DNA of 46,871 nucleotides from Pseudomonadota bacterium (GCA_040387495.1 JAZKDQ010000017.1:1-46871), one strand, 5' to 3'. Counted from the stretch's first letter, positions 29,615 to 39,932 are shown. The notes: generated by a model not told the origin, from the sequence alone. Numbers and translations: made by a program.

Positions 29615-30523
29615 ATGAAATTTAGAAAAAGAATTACAGCTTTAATTTTGCTTAATCTAAGCATTGTTGGCGAAAGAGTTGTTATCGCTGATATCCTTCC
29701 TTCTACAACAAGTAATACATCAATTAACGTTGATCAAAATGCCTTAGAAAAAAATGAAATTGTACAGAAAATTCTTGAAGATTTAGTTCTTAAGCTAAAA
29801 GTATACACAGTATTCGATCAAAGCGGCCCAATTCAACTGGTTCGTCATGGAAGGCCAGGTGATGGGGGCTATGTCGTCCCACGTGTAGCTTTTGAAAAAG
29901 CGGATGTTCTTTTGGGGTACGGCATTGCCGATGATATTTCATTTGAGGAAACTTTTTCAACGCTGTATAAGAAGCCATCTTTTGGCTTTGATTGTGGTGT
30001 TGAAAGTATCCTTATAAATAATAAGTTATGCACGTTTATTTCTGAATGCATTGCCAATGATAGCAATGTGTATGTACAGCAAAAGAGTTCCGGTAAATTT
30101 TCAACATTTCCAGATCAATTGAAAAAATTTGGAATTGAAAATAAAAAAATATTTATTAAGATGGATATTGAAGGTGCTGAGTATGCAGCGTTTGAGGGCA
30201 TGCAAAATTACTTTGCCAATATCACAGGTATCGTTTTAGAAATTCATTTTGTACATGATGATCAGGTTGCTCTAGCTAATAAATTATTGGAAAAATTGTT
30301 GAAATATTTTTATTTGGTTCACCTGCATGCTAACATTTGTACACTTAATACTTTCAAAACAAAATACTCAAATGGCGAAGTCTCGAGGGTCTTGGAATTA
30401 ACGTTCATAAATAAAAATCTTGTTACGAATGCTGCCCTTTCAGAAAATCAAAGCTATCCTTTACCGATCGATATGGAAAATTGCCCAACTTACCCACTTA
30501 GTAAATTTGAAATACTTAAGTGA
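29615..30523 (+). CDS. SAM-dependent methyltransferase, FkbM/Methyltransf_22-like
   Basis: RHGRPGDGGY, YGIADDISFE, FIKMDIEGAEY, IVLEIH, LVHLHAN. Confidence 0.72.
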   Translation: MKFRKRITALILLNLSIVGERVVIADILPSTTSNTSINVDQNALEKNEIVQKILEDLVLKLKVYTVFDQSGPIQLVRHGRPGDGGYVVPRVAFEKADVLLGYGIADDISFEETFSTLYKKPSFGFDCGVESILINNKLCTFISECIANDSNVYVQQKSSGKFSTFPDQLKKFGIENKKIFIKMDIEGAEYAAFEGMQNYFANITGIVLEIHFVHDDQVALANKLLEKLLKYFYLVHLHANICTLNTFKTKYSNGEVSRVLELTFINKNLVTNAALSENQSYPLPIDMENCPTYPLSKFEILK

Positions 30524-30689
30524 TTCTATTTTGTATTTAAATAACAATAGAGATGTAGGCTTTGATATGAGCGATTCATATGCATAAAACACTATGCATT
30601 TTGTATTATATCTTGAAAATTAAGTGAATATAGCTTATATTGACTGATGTGCTTAAAAGATTCGTTAAGGAATCGTAATCATTTTTTGT

Positions 30690-30766
30690 GCGCCCTTAGC
30701 TCAGCTGGATAGAGCGGCAGCCTTCTAAGCTGTAGGTCAGAGGTTCGAATCCTCTAGGGCGTGCCA
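30690..30766 (+). tRNA. tRNA-Arg(TCT)
   Basis: Acceptor GCGCCCT/AGGGCGT, D arm AGCTCAGCTGGATAGAGC, anticodon loop CTTCTAA, T loop GGTTCGAATCC, encoded CCA. Confidence 0.97.
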
Positions 30767-30832
30767 TTTTTTTTAAAAGATCCTTAAGTTTAAGCAGCTT
30801 TAAATTAACTTTTATTCCAACGAGATTTTATA

Positions 30833-32653
30833 ATGACTCAACTTCGCAACCTTGCGATTATCGCTCACGTTGACCACGGGAAAACAACCCTTGTTGATGC
30901 ACTTCTAAAGCAAAGCGGAACATTCCGTGCAAACCAAAACGTTGCAGAACGCGCAATGGATTCTAACGACCTTGAACGTGAACGTGGTATTACGATTCTT
31001 GCAAAATGTACGTCGATCCTTTGGGAAGATATCCGTTTCAATATCGTTGATACACCAGGTCACGCGGACTTTGGTGGTGAAGTTGAACGAATTTTAAGCA
31101 TGGTTGATGGCGTTGTTTTGCTGGTAGATGCAGCAGAAGGCCCTATGCCACAAACAAAGTTTGTTCTTTCAAAGGCATTGAAGCTTGGTTTCAAACCAAT
31201 CGTTGTAATCAACAAAATTGATCGTTCAGATGCGCGTCAAGATGAAGTTCTTGAAGAAATTTTTGACTTGTTTATCGCACTTGATGCGAATGATGCACAG
31301 CTTGATTTCCCAGTGCTATATGCATCTGGTCGTGCAGGTTGGGCAGTGACTGAACTTGTGGATGAACGCAAAGACTTACAACCACTCTTTAAGAAAATCT
31401 CTGAGCACATTCAAGCGCCAGTATCTGGTGAGGGTCCCTTTAGCATGCTTGTTACTACGCGTGAATATGACCCATATTTGGGGCGTGTTTTAACGGGACG
31501 AATTCATAGCGGTGTAGCTAAATTAAATAGTTCCATTAAAGTACTAAGTCATGAAGGTAACCTTGTTGAAACAGGACGCATTTCAAAGCTACTTTCATTT
31601 CGTGGACTTGATCGCACGCCTGTCGAAGAAGCATCTGCTGGTGACATCGTAGTTATCGCAGGTCTTCAAGTAGCAAACGTTTCAGATACTATTTGTGCAA
31701 CAGAAATTAGTGTTCCGTTACCTGCACAACCAATTGATCCACCAACATTGGCAATGACATTTTCTGTAAATGATTCACCATTGGCTGGTCGTGAAGGAAC
31801 TAAAGTAACATCACGTATCGTTGGTGAACGTTTGATGCGTGAAGCCGAAGGCAATGTTGCGTTAAAGATTACAGAAACAGCAGAAAAAGATGGATTCGAA
31901 GTAGCGGGTCGTGGTGAGTTGCAACTAGGCGTTCTTATTGAAACAATGCGCCGTGAAGGTTTTGAGCTTTCGATTAGCCGTCCACGCGTTATTTACAAAC
32001 GTGATCCAATAACCGATGAACGCTTAGAGCCAATTGAAGAAGTTCAAATTGACGTTGATGATGAGTATGTTGGTTCAGTTGTTGAATCCATGAGCCTTCG
32101 TAAAGCTGAGTTAAAAGACATGCGCCCATCTGGCGGCGGGAAAACACGTATTATATTCCATGCTCCATCACGTGGTTTGATTGGGTATCATGGGTCATTC
32201 TTAACAGAAACACGTGGCACAGGTATTATGAGCCGTGTATTCCATGCGTATGCACCGTATCGTGGTGCGATTGAAGGCCGTCGTAATGGTGTTTTAATTT
32301 CCAATGGTGCTGGTGATTCAGTTGATTACGCACTTTGGAAAATTGAAGATCGTGGAACACTCTTTATTGGTGGTGGCGTTCCTATTTATGAAGGTATGAT
32401 CATTGGCGAAAACAGCCGTGAGAATGACATGGAAATAAATGCATTGCGGGCAAAGCAATTAACAAACGTACGTGCCTCTGGTAAAGACGAAGCAATTCGT
32501 TTGGCTCCTCCACGTTTAATGTCATTGGAACAAGCAATTGCGTATATCCAAGACGATGAACGCGTTGAAGTTACACCCAAAAGCATTCGTTTGCGTAAAG
32601 CATTTTTAGATCCAAATGATCGTAAACGTGAAGAACGTAAATCAGAAAAATAG
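30833..32653 (+). CDS. typA: Translational GTPase TypA/BipA
   Basis: [52 protein letters not shown]. Confidence 0.97.
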   Translation: MTQLRNLAIIAHVDHGKTTLVDALLKQSGTFRANQNVAERAMDSNDLERERGITILAKCTSILWEDIRFNIVDTPGHADFGGEVERILSMVDGVVLLVDAAEGPMPQTKFVLSKALKLGFKPIVVINKIDRSDARQDEVLEEIFDLFIALDANDAQLDFPVLYASGRAGWAVTELVDERKDLQPLFKKISEHIQAPVSGEGPFSMLVTTREYDPYLGRVLTGRIHSGVAKLNSSIKVLSHEGNLVETGRISKLLSFRGLDRTPVEEASAGDIVVIAGLQVANVSDTICATEISVPLPAQPIDPPTLAMTFSVNDSPLAGREGTKVTSRIVGERLMREAEGNVALKITETAEKDGFEVAGRGELQLGVLIETMRREGFELSISRPRVIYKRDPITDERLEPIEEVQIDVDDEYVGSVVESMSLRKAELKDMRPSGGGKTRIIFHAPSRGLIGYHGSFLTETRGTGIMSRVFHAYAPYRGAIEGRRNGVLISNGAGDSVDYALWKIEDRGTLFIGGGVPIYEGMIIGENSRENDMEINALRAKQLTNVRASGKDEAIRLAPPRLMSLEQAIAYIQDDERVEVTPKSIRLRKAFLDPNDRKREERKSEK

Positions 32654-32691
32654 AATAGCTAATTGATCAAATGAGGCAGCTTTATCGCTGC
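32609..32691 (+). repeat. Direct repeat copy 1 (last 14 typA codons, stop, terminator stem)
   Basis: 82/83 identical to 33768-33850. Confidence 0.95.
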
Positions 32692-32699
32692 TTTTTTTT
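32675..32699 (+). terminator. typA Rho-independent terminator
   Basis: GGCAGC-TTTATC-GCTGCT followed by a T run. Confidence 0.75.
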
Positions 32700-32849
32700 G
32701 ATTGAAACAGATGTTTGTGAAATTATTTTTTTCAATTTATAGATAATATTTATATATTTTATTTTTGGCAATTCTATTGACTTCTTGAATTTGATACATA
32801 TATATATGTATAGGTATATTTATTAACGTTACATGTAGGGATTATTATT

Positions 32850-33728
32850 ATGAAAAAAATAGAATTAATTTTTGCGCTTGCTTTTTTGCTTGGTGCAGCT
32901 TCAGTTGGATTGCCAAACACATTGTGTGCGGCTGAATTTGAGGAGGTACAACAACCGGCATCAAAGCCCTTAGGTATATATAGCTCAATAGGAATTGATA
33001 CAAATAAAGCTAAGGAGTATTTAGATTCAGCAGGGCGTATGGCAATGAAGGGTCAACATGAGCGTGCTCAACAGTTGAAGGCAGACGTGGCGAATGAATT
33101 GCGTCGCTTTATTGCTCACCCCACCATGTATAGTGGGCCAAATGGTATTGATACACAAAAAGACTTAGCTCTTTTGGATTTAGCTGGTCGGATGCAAATG
33201 AGTGAAGATACACATGATACTTCTGCTGCTTTAAAAAATGTTGTTGCGGCTGACTTGCGTCGTTTTATTGCGCATCCAACCGGCCTTCAAACGGCAGGCG
33301 GTGTTAATACCCAACAAGTTTCCTCCCTTTTGGATCTAGCTGATCGGATGCAAATGAGTGTAGATACAGGTGAGATTTCTGTTGATTTAAAAAGTGTTGT
33401 TGCTGATGAATTACGTCGTTTTGTTGCGCATCCAACAATGTATAGTGGGCCAGCTGGTATTGACACAGAAAAAGACTCAGCTCTTTTGGATTTAGCTCAG
33501 CGTATGGACATGAATGCAGGTACGCATAAGCTTTCTACTGATTTAAAAGCTATTGTTGCTGCTGACTTGCGTCGTTTTATTCAGCGCCCAACAGGACTTC
33601 AAACGGCAAGTGGTGTTAATACATCAATGGTCTCATCCCTTTTGGATTTAGCTGATCGAATGGACAAGGATGTAGACACACGTGAGATTTCTGTTGATTT
33701 AAAGAATCTTGTTTCTGCTGTACTATAA
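32850..33728 (+). CDS. Secreted hypothetical protein with 52-aa tandem repeats (ABAB pattern)
   Basis: Signal peptide; units ending LRRF(I/V)(A/Q)(H/R)P alternate between TMYSGP and TGLQTA starts. Confidence 0.85.
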   Translation: MKKIELIFALAFLLGAASVGLPNTLCAAEFEEVQQPASKPLGIYSSIGIDTNKAKEYLDSAGRMAMKGQHERAQQLKADVANELRRFIAHPTMYSGPNGIDTQKDLALLDLAGRMQMSEDTHDTSAALKNVVAADLRRFIAHPTGLQTAGGVNTQQVSSLLDLADRMQMSVDTGEISVDLKSVVADELRRFVAHPTMYSGPAGIDTEKDSALLDLAQRMDMNAGTHKLSTDLKAIVAADLRRFIQRPTGLQTASGVNTSMVSSLLDLADRMDKDVDTREISVDLKNLVSAVL

Positions 33729-33767
33729 GTGTATTTTCTGATTGAAAAAGTGTTGTGCGATAGATTG

Positions 33768-33850
33768 GATCCAAATGATCGTAAACGTGAAGAACGTAAA
33801 TCAGAAAAATAGAATAGTTAATTGATCAAATGAGGCAGCTTTATCGCTGC
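33768..33850 (+). repeat. Direct repeat copy 2 (displaced typA 3' end plus terminator)
   Basis: Same sequence 1159 bp downstream with one C/T difference; terminator AGGCAGC-TTTATC-GCTGCCT then a T run. Confidence 0.95.
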
Positions 33851-33947
33851 CTTTTTTTATGTCGAGAGATACACATTAATACCTTGTGTCAATCATGTTT
33901 TTTGATGTATTTTTAAATAAATACAATATTAAAAGGCATTCTTACAC

Positions 33948-36593
33948 GTGAACACACACCTGAAACCACTTAACATTAATGGAAAAACATATCATATTGC
34001 AGCTCTTAATGATTTGACTCAATTGGGTAAGTGGCAAGAAATGCCATATTGTATAAAAGTTCTTTTAGAAAATGTATGGCGCCAATGTGATGGTGTGAAG
34101 GTAAAAGAAACAGATATTAAAAATTTATTCTTTTCTACACAATTTCAGGGTGAGCGAGATATTTCTTTTTTCCCAGCGCGTGTATTGATGCAAGATTTTA
34201 CCGGGGTCCCGGCCGTCGTTGACCTTGCCGCAATGCGTGATGCGATGGTTGCTAAAGGCGGTGACCCAAGTAAGATTAATCCCAAAATTGCTGTTGATCT
34301 TGTGATTGATCATTCGGTTATGGTGGATGAATCTGGAACAGCCACTGCTTTTTCAAAAAACGTTGATCTTGAATATAAACGTAACATCGAACGCTATACA
34401 TTTTTAAAATGGGGACAGCAAGCATTCGATAATTTCCGCGTGGTACCACCTGGAACAGGTATTTGTCACCAAGTAAATCTTGAATATCTTGCAAGCGTTG
34501 TGTATCAAAAGAAGCTCGATTCTGGTGAGACAATATTATATCCAGATACGGTTGTAGGAACAGATAGTCACACAACGATGGTGAATGCACTTGGTGTTCT
34601 TGGTTGGGGAGTAGGAGGGATTGAAGCAGAGTCTGCCATGCTTGGCCAAGCTGTATCGATGCTTATCCCTGAAGTTGTGGGTGTTAATTTAAACGGTGTT
34701 CTGCCTGCAGGATGCACTGCAACTGATCTTGTTTTAACTGTAACTGAAACCTTGCGCAAAAAAGGTGTGGTTGGTAAATTCGTCGAATTTTATGGTAATG
34801 GCTTGGATGCATTGTCTTTAGCAGATCGTGCGACGATTGCAAACATGGCACCTGAATATGGTGCGACATGTGGATTTTTTGCAATCGATGATGAAACACT
34901 TGCCTACCTTAGACTAACAGGTCGCACTGAAGAGCAAATTAATATCGTAGAGGCATATGCCAAAGCGCAAGGGCTCTGGCGTGATGAGCATCAGGTAATT
35001 CACTATAATTCAGTGGTTGAAATTGATTTAAATGCGGTAGTTCCATCCTTAGCAGGACCAAAGAGACCTCAAGATAAAGTCGCGTTAACTGCGATGAAAG
35101 AAGTCGCCGCTTCACTTGTTGCTATTGGTGCAGGCATCCCTGTAGTCGGTACTGACTATTCACTAAATCATCATGATGTTGTTATTGCAGCGATCACTAG
35201 CTGTACGAATACATCAAATCCAAGTGCGCTGATTGGTGCTGGCTTATTAGCTAAGAAAGCAAATGCATTGGGGCTTGTGACAAAGCCATGGGTAAAAACA
35301 TCACTCGCGCCAGGATCCCAGGTTGCACAGGATTACTTAAGCACAGCAGGATTATTGCCAGAATTAGAAACGCTTGGATTCCATATTGTTGGCTTTGGTT
35401 GTACGACGTGTATTGGAAATTCAGGACCATTAGCGACGTCGATCAATAAAGCGATAGAGGAGGGTGATTTAACAGTTGCAGGCGTCTTATCAGGGAACCG
35501 TAATTTCGAAGGCCGTATTCATGCACATGTAAAAGCAAACTACTTGGCGTCACCTCCACTCGTGGTTGCTTTTGCTTTGGCTGGAACAACACATATTGAT
35601 TTAACTGTTGAGCCCATCGGGATGGATAAGAATGATACGCCAGTATATTTAAAAGATATATGGCCTACAAAAGCTGAAATTGATGCTGTGATTCAGCAGG
35701 TTATGAAGCCAGAGATATTCCAAAAGCGGTATGCTGCTGTATTTGATGGAGATATCTACTGGAAACAGGTTGAGGCAAAGCCAACTCAAACATATGATTG
35801 GGATAATGCAAGCACGTATGTTAATAATCCACCGTATTTCACAAGTGATATGAAGGCAATGGAACATGGTAATATTAAAGGCGCACGTATTTTAGCATTG
35901 TTAGGCGACAGTATTACTACTGATCATATTTCGCCCGCTGGGAATATTAAACCAAAAGGACCCGCTGGCAGTTATTTGATGGAGCATTCTGTTGATATTC
36001 TAGATTTCAATTCCTACGGAGCAAGGCGTGGTAATCATGAAGTTATGATGCGTGGTACCTTTGCTAATATTCGTATTCAAAATGAACTTACGCCAGATCA
36101 AACAGGCGGTGTGACGCGTTATTTGGGAGAGGGTAATAATGAAGATGTGATGTCTATTTTTGATGCCTCCATGCGTTATCAAAAGGCTGGTATTCCATTA
36201 ATTATTGTGGCTGGTAAAGAATACGGCACAGGATCATCACGTGATTGGGCAGCAAAAGGAACACGTTTACTTGGTGTACGTGCTGTTATTACAGAAAGTT
36301 TTGAACGTATTCATCGATCTAACTTAGTTGGCATGGGAATATTACCATTGGTATTTACTGGTGGTGCTACACGTAAATCTTTGGGTTTAACTGGGCATGA
36401 AGTGTTGGATCTAAAGGGTCTAGAAAATGGGATTACGCCAGGTATGACGGTTCAACTAACGATTCACAGAGCAGATGGAAATCAGGACGTTATAGATTTA
36501 CTATGCCGCGTGGATACACGTGAAGAAGTGTTATATATGCAAAATGGCGGAATCTTGCCATATGTATTAGAGGAATTGGCTCGAGCAGGTTAA
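33948..36593 (+). CDS. acnA: Aconitate hydratase A
   Basis: RVLMQDFTGVPAVVDLAAMR, GICHQVNLEY, AITSCTNTSNP, GCTTCIGNSGPL, GSSRDWAAKG. Confidence 0.97.
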   Translation: MNTHLKPLNINGKTYHIAALNDLTQLGKWQEMPYCIKVLLENVWRQCDGVKVKETDIKNLFFSTQFQGERDISFFPARVLMQDFTGVPAVVDLAAMRDAMVAKGGDPSKINPKIAVDLVIDHSVMVDESGTATAFSKNVDLEYKRNIERYTFLKWGQQAFDNFRVVPPGTGICHQVNLEYLASVVYQKKLDSGETILYPDTVVGTDSHTTMVNALGVLGWGVGGIEAESAMLGQAVSMLIPEVVGVNLNGVLPAGCTATDLVLTVTETLRKKGVVGKFVEFYGNGLDALSLADRATIANMAPEYGATCGFFAIDDETLAYLRLTGRTEEQINIVEAYAKAQGLWRDEHQVIHYNSVVEIDLNAVVPSLAGPKRPQDKVALTAMKEVAASLVAIGAGIPVVGTDYSLNHHDVVIAAITSCTNTSNPSALIGAGLLAKKANALGLVTKPWVKTSLAPGSQVAQDYLSTAGLLPELETLGFHIVGFGCTTCIGNSGPLATSINKAIEEGDLTVAGVLSGNRNFEGRIHAHVKANYLASPPLVVAFALAGTTHIDLTVEPIGMDKNDTPVYLKDIWPTKAEIDAVIQQVMKPEIFQKRYAAVFDGDIYWKQVEAKPTQTYDWDNASTYVNNPPYFTSDMKAMEHGNIKGARILALLGDSITTDHISPAGNIKPKGPAGSYLMEHSVDILDFNSYGARRGNHEVMMRGTFANIRIQNELTPDQTGGVTRYLGEGNNEDVMSIFDASMRYQKAGIPLIIVAGKEYGTGSSRDWAAKGTRLLGVRAVITESFERIHRSNLVGMGILPLVFTGGATRKSLGLTGHEVLDLKGLENGITPGMTVQLTIHRADGNQDVIDLLCRVDTREEVLYMQNGGILPYVLEELARAG

Positions 36594-36614
36594 TACTACG
36601 CTTAGTGTGAAAAT

Positions 36615-36644
36615 AAAAAAGCGCTCTTTTTAGAGCGCTTTTTT
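36615..36644. terminator. Bidirectional terminator between convergent acnA and uup
   Basis: AAAAAAGCGCTCT-TTTT-AGAGCGCTTTTTT. Confidence 0.88.
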
Positions 36645-36699
36645 AATGAGACGAAAAAGAATACAGAAGATTATGTGGATGCGGTCTATTTTAAAATGA

Positions 36700-38490
36700 T
36701 TATTTAGCGCTGACTTTTTCATCCAGTTCAAGCCAACGAATTTCCATTGTATCCATATGTTCTTTTTTATCAGCTAATTCTTGTGTTAATCGAGCAAACT
36801 CAGCTGGATTCTTTTGATATAATTGTGGGTCAGCTAATTTTTGCTCAAGCTCAACGATTACCTTTGAGAGTGCTTTTATTTCAGCTGGTAATTGTTCTAA
36901 ATCTCGCTTTTCAATGTAGGTTAAGCGAACTTTTGATGTCGAGGCAGGCGATACTTTTTCTTCTTTGGTGTTTATTTTTTTTGTTTGCTGAGGTGCAGGA
37001 GCAATCATTGTATCGCGTTGACGTAAATAATCTTGATAACCACCCACATATTCTGTTGCTGTGCCGTCGCCTTCAAAAGCAATTAGGCTTGTCACGAGTT
37101 GATCTAAGAAATCACGATCATGGCTAACAATCAGCAGTGTACCTGGAAATTCGCTCAAAACTTCAAGTAAAAGATCAAGTGTGTCACTGTCGAGATCATT
37201 TGTTGGCTCATCTAAGACTAAGAAATCACACGGTTGTGTTAATGCCTTAGCCAAAGCTAAACGATTACGTTCTCCACCTGATAATATATGCGTCATGCCG
37301 CGAATTTGATTTTCCTCAAAAAGAAAATCTTTAAGGTAAGCAACAACGTGCCGGCTTTGACCTTGGACAGTCACATGATCTCCACCATTGGGACACATAT
37401 TTTGCCACAACGTTTTGTTTTCATTAAGAGAATCTTGCATCTGATCCAGATAAATAACGGATGTATCTGAGTTTCGTTTAATTGTACCTTCGTCAGGTTC
37501 AAGATCACCAACCAACATACGAATCAATGTTGTTTTTCCTGTGCCATTTGGCCCCATGATGCCAATACGATCACCGCGCAGTAAACGTAAATCAAATGGC
37601 TTTAATAACGTGCGATCACCGAAGGCTTTCGTGATGCCAACGGCTTCAATAATCAGCTGACTCTCGCCTTGTGTTTGGAAATGTGTAGCTGTAACACTTT
37701 TTCGTGAATTCATTTTGAGCTGTTGGCGTTCCTCACGCATGCTCGTGACACGACGTAGACGTCCTTGGTTTCGTTTTCGTCTTGCCGTAACACCGCGCAA
37801 CAGCCAGTCAGCTTCCAGTCTTAGGCGTGTATCAAGCCAGGCTTTTTCACGTTCTTCTTGTTCCCAAACATATTCAGACCAGCGGTCAAAGTCACCAAAC
37901 CCTTTGTTGTTTTCTTGAATACGTGTGCGATCAATCCACCACGTTTTATTTGATATGTTTTTTGAAAACTGACGGTCATGGCTAATCACCACAAATGCAC
38001 CACGGAAATCGCTGAGCATTTTTTCAAGCCATTCAATGGTTGCAATATCCAGGTGGTTTGTAGGTTCATCCAGTAAAAGAACATCTGGGTCTTGCGCGAG
38101 TGTGGCAGCCAATGATAAACGTCGCTGTTCGCCACCTGAAAGCAGATTAAGCGGTTTATCAAGTGGAACTTTGAGTTCTGTTAGATAGGTTGCAGCCAAA
38201 TAATCTTCGCGTGCAAATTCCAGAACATAGTCAAGTGCTAGTTGTTCAGGGTTAGTGATGGTAAGACGCTGCGGCAAATAGGCAACCCTTAGAGATGGCC
38301 GCTTAAACATGTTGCCAGAATCAATTTCTTGCAAACCCGAAAGCAACTTAAGAAGTGTTGATTTTCCTGATCCGTTTCGCCCGACAAGACATACATGGTC
38401 TTTTGGTAAAAGGTGTATGGTCCAGTGATTAATAAGTGGGTCGCCGCCAAAGTTTAAACTGGCGTCAAGTAGGCTTAAAAGAGGTTTCAT
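36700..38490 (-). CDS. uup: ABC-F ATPase Uup
   Basis: Two ABC cassettes, WLLRGVTARRKRNQGR linker, C-terminal coiled-coil ending RWLELD. Confidence 0.88.
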   Translation of the reverse strand: MKPLLSLLDASLNFGGDPLINHWTIHLLPKDHVCLVGRNGSGKSTLLKLLSGLQEIDSGNMFKRPSLRVAYLPQRLTITNPEQLALDYVLEFAREDYLAATYLTELKVPLDKPLNLLSGGEQRRLSLAATLAQDPDVLLLDEPTNHLDIATIEWLEKMLSDFRGAFVVISHDRQFSKNISNKTWWIDRTRIQENNKGFGDFDRWSEYVWEQEEREKAWLDTRLRLEADWLLRGVTARRKRNQGRLRRVTSMREERQQLKMNSRKSVTATHFQTQGESQLIIEAVGITKAFGDRTLLKPFDLRLLRGDRIGIMGPNGTGKTTLIRMLVGDLEPDEGTIKRNSDTSVIYLDQMQDSLNENKTLWQNMCPNGGDHVTVQGQSRHVVAYLKDFLFEENQIRGMTHILSGGERNRLALAKALTQPCDFLVLDEPTNDLDSDTLDLLLEVLSEFPGTLLIVSHDRDFLDQLVTSLIAFEGDGTATEYVGGYQDYLRQRDTMIAPAPQQTKKINTKEEKVSPASTSKVRLTYIEKRDLEQLPAEIKALSKVIVELEQKLADPQLYQKNPAEFARLTQELADKKEHMDTMEIRWLELDEKVSAK

Positions 38491-38585
38491 CAGAATTTCT
38501 TAAATTGTTGTTATTAGCAGGATTCTAGCATTAAATGTACTAGAATCCAATGTTTGCAATTTTGTATTTAGTGAAGAAAGTAGGC

Positions 38586-39932
38586 TTATACTGATTTTAA
38601 CTCCTCTTTCTTAGCTTTCATCTTAGCTTTATACTGTTTAGCCCATTCATGTTTGTTTGTTTGATGTGTGCGGCTTATGGCAAGTGCATCAGCTGGAACA
38701 TCCTCTGTTATAATTGATCCTGCTGCCGTTATGGCATCATTGCCAATAGAAACAGGAGCCACCAAAATCGTATCAGCACCAATGTGTACACGTTCACCAA
38801 TGGTTGTTTTGTGTTTGAAAAAGCCATCGTAGTTTGCAGTGATTGTGCCTGCACCAATATTGGCGGCTTCGCCAACAGTTGCATCCCCCAAATAGGTTAG
38901 GTGCTTAGCCTTGGCTTTCTTACCAAGATGTGTCGCTTTAAGTTCTACGAAATTACCGATTTCTGCACCTTCATCAAGCACTGAACCACCGCGAATATGG
39001 GCATGTGGGCCCACAGAAACGCCGGTACGTAATGTGCAATCCTCAAGATAACAAAAACTTTTGATCCTGACATTCTTTTCAACAACAACACCTTTTTTAA
39101 AAACAACAGAAGGTTCAACAAGTGTATCTTGCCCAATCACAGTATCAACTGAAAGACGTGTTGTTTGAGGTTGCTGGAATGTAACACCTTTAGCCATGAG
39201 AGCAGCGCACAAACGTTTCTGAATAATAGTATCAACTTTTTCCAGCTCTGCACGCGTATTAATGCCAGATACTTCATCGAAATCAACATTGATTGCTTGG
39301 GTGGTTGCATTGTGTTCGATGGCCATGTGCACAAGGTCTGTTAAATAATATTCTGAAGAAGCATTAGTGTTAGTGAGCAGAGGAAGAAGTTTTTTGAGTA
39401 AATTATGACGTATTTTATAAACGCCAGAGTTTATCAATGGGGAGTTACGAAGAGCGTTATTAGCATCTTTGTATTCAGTAATGCGGCAGGGCTTATCACC
39501 ATCAAATACAACGCGTCCATATGGTGCGTCGCGTTGACTTTCAGGTAATGTTGCGCATAATAGTGCTAAATCTGATTTGCTTTCAAATAATTTTGTAAGT
39601 GTCTCAATCGTTAGCAAAGGAGTGTCACCACACACTATGATCACATCGGATATGTCATCTGAAAGCTGATTCATGCCGTTCATGGCAGCGTGTCCTGTAC
39701 CAAGTTGTTCTTCTTGGATGGCTATTTTATGATGTTTATAATCAGGGTTTTTTGATGTTATTGGCGAGGCTACAATAACAATTTCATGTATCGAAAGCTG
39801 CTCCAGCGTATGTAACACATGCCCTAATACAGATCTGCCAGCTAAATCATGAAATACTTTTGAAATGCTAGAGTGCAAGCGTTTGCTTTGCCCAGCAGCA
39901 AGGATAATGCATCCTATTTTTTGTAAAGTCAT
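38586..39932 (-). CDS. glmU: Bifunctional UDP-GlcNAc pyrophosphorylase / GlcN-1-P acetyltransferase
   Basis: IILAAGQSKR, QLGTGHA, EYYLTD, GNFVELK, NIGAGTITANYDG, hexapeptide repeats. Confidence 0.95.
   Translation of the reverse strand: MTLQKIGCIILAAGQSKRLHSSISKVFHDLAGRSVLGHVLHTLEQLSIHEIVIVASPITSKNPDYKHHKIAIQEEQLGTGHAAMNGMNQLSDDISDVIIVCGDTPLLTIETLTKLFESKSDLALLCATLPESQRDAPYGRVVFDGDKPCRITEYKDANNALRNSPLINSGVYKIRHNLLKKLLPLLTNTNASSEYYLTDLVHMAIEHNATTQAINVDFDEVSGINTRAELEKVDTIIQKRLCAALMAKGVTFQQPQTTRLSVDTVIGQDTLVEPSVVFKKGVVVEKNVRIKSFCYLEDCTLRTGVSVGPHAHIRGGSVLDEGAEIGNFVELKATHLGKKAKAKHLTYLGDATVGEAANIGAGTITANYDGFFKHKTTIGERVHIGADTILVAPVSIGNDAITAAGSIITEDVPADALAISRTHQTNKHEWAKQYKAKMKAKKEELKSV

Noticed and set aside
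30690..30766. tRNA-Arg as an island attachment site
   Set aside because: I saw no duplicate of its 3' end in the window and no integrase; typA follows directly.
32609..33850. CRISPR array or integron cassette explanation for the direct repeats
   Set aside because: Only two copies, 83 bp long and 1159 bp apart, derived from typA. No cas or intI genes and no attC-type RYYYAAC/GTTRRRY ends were seen.
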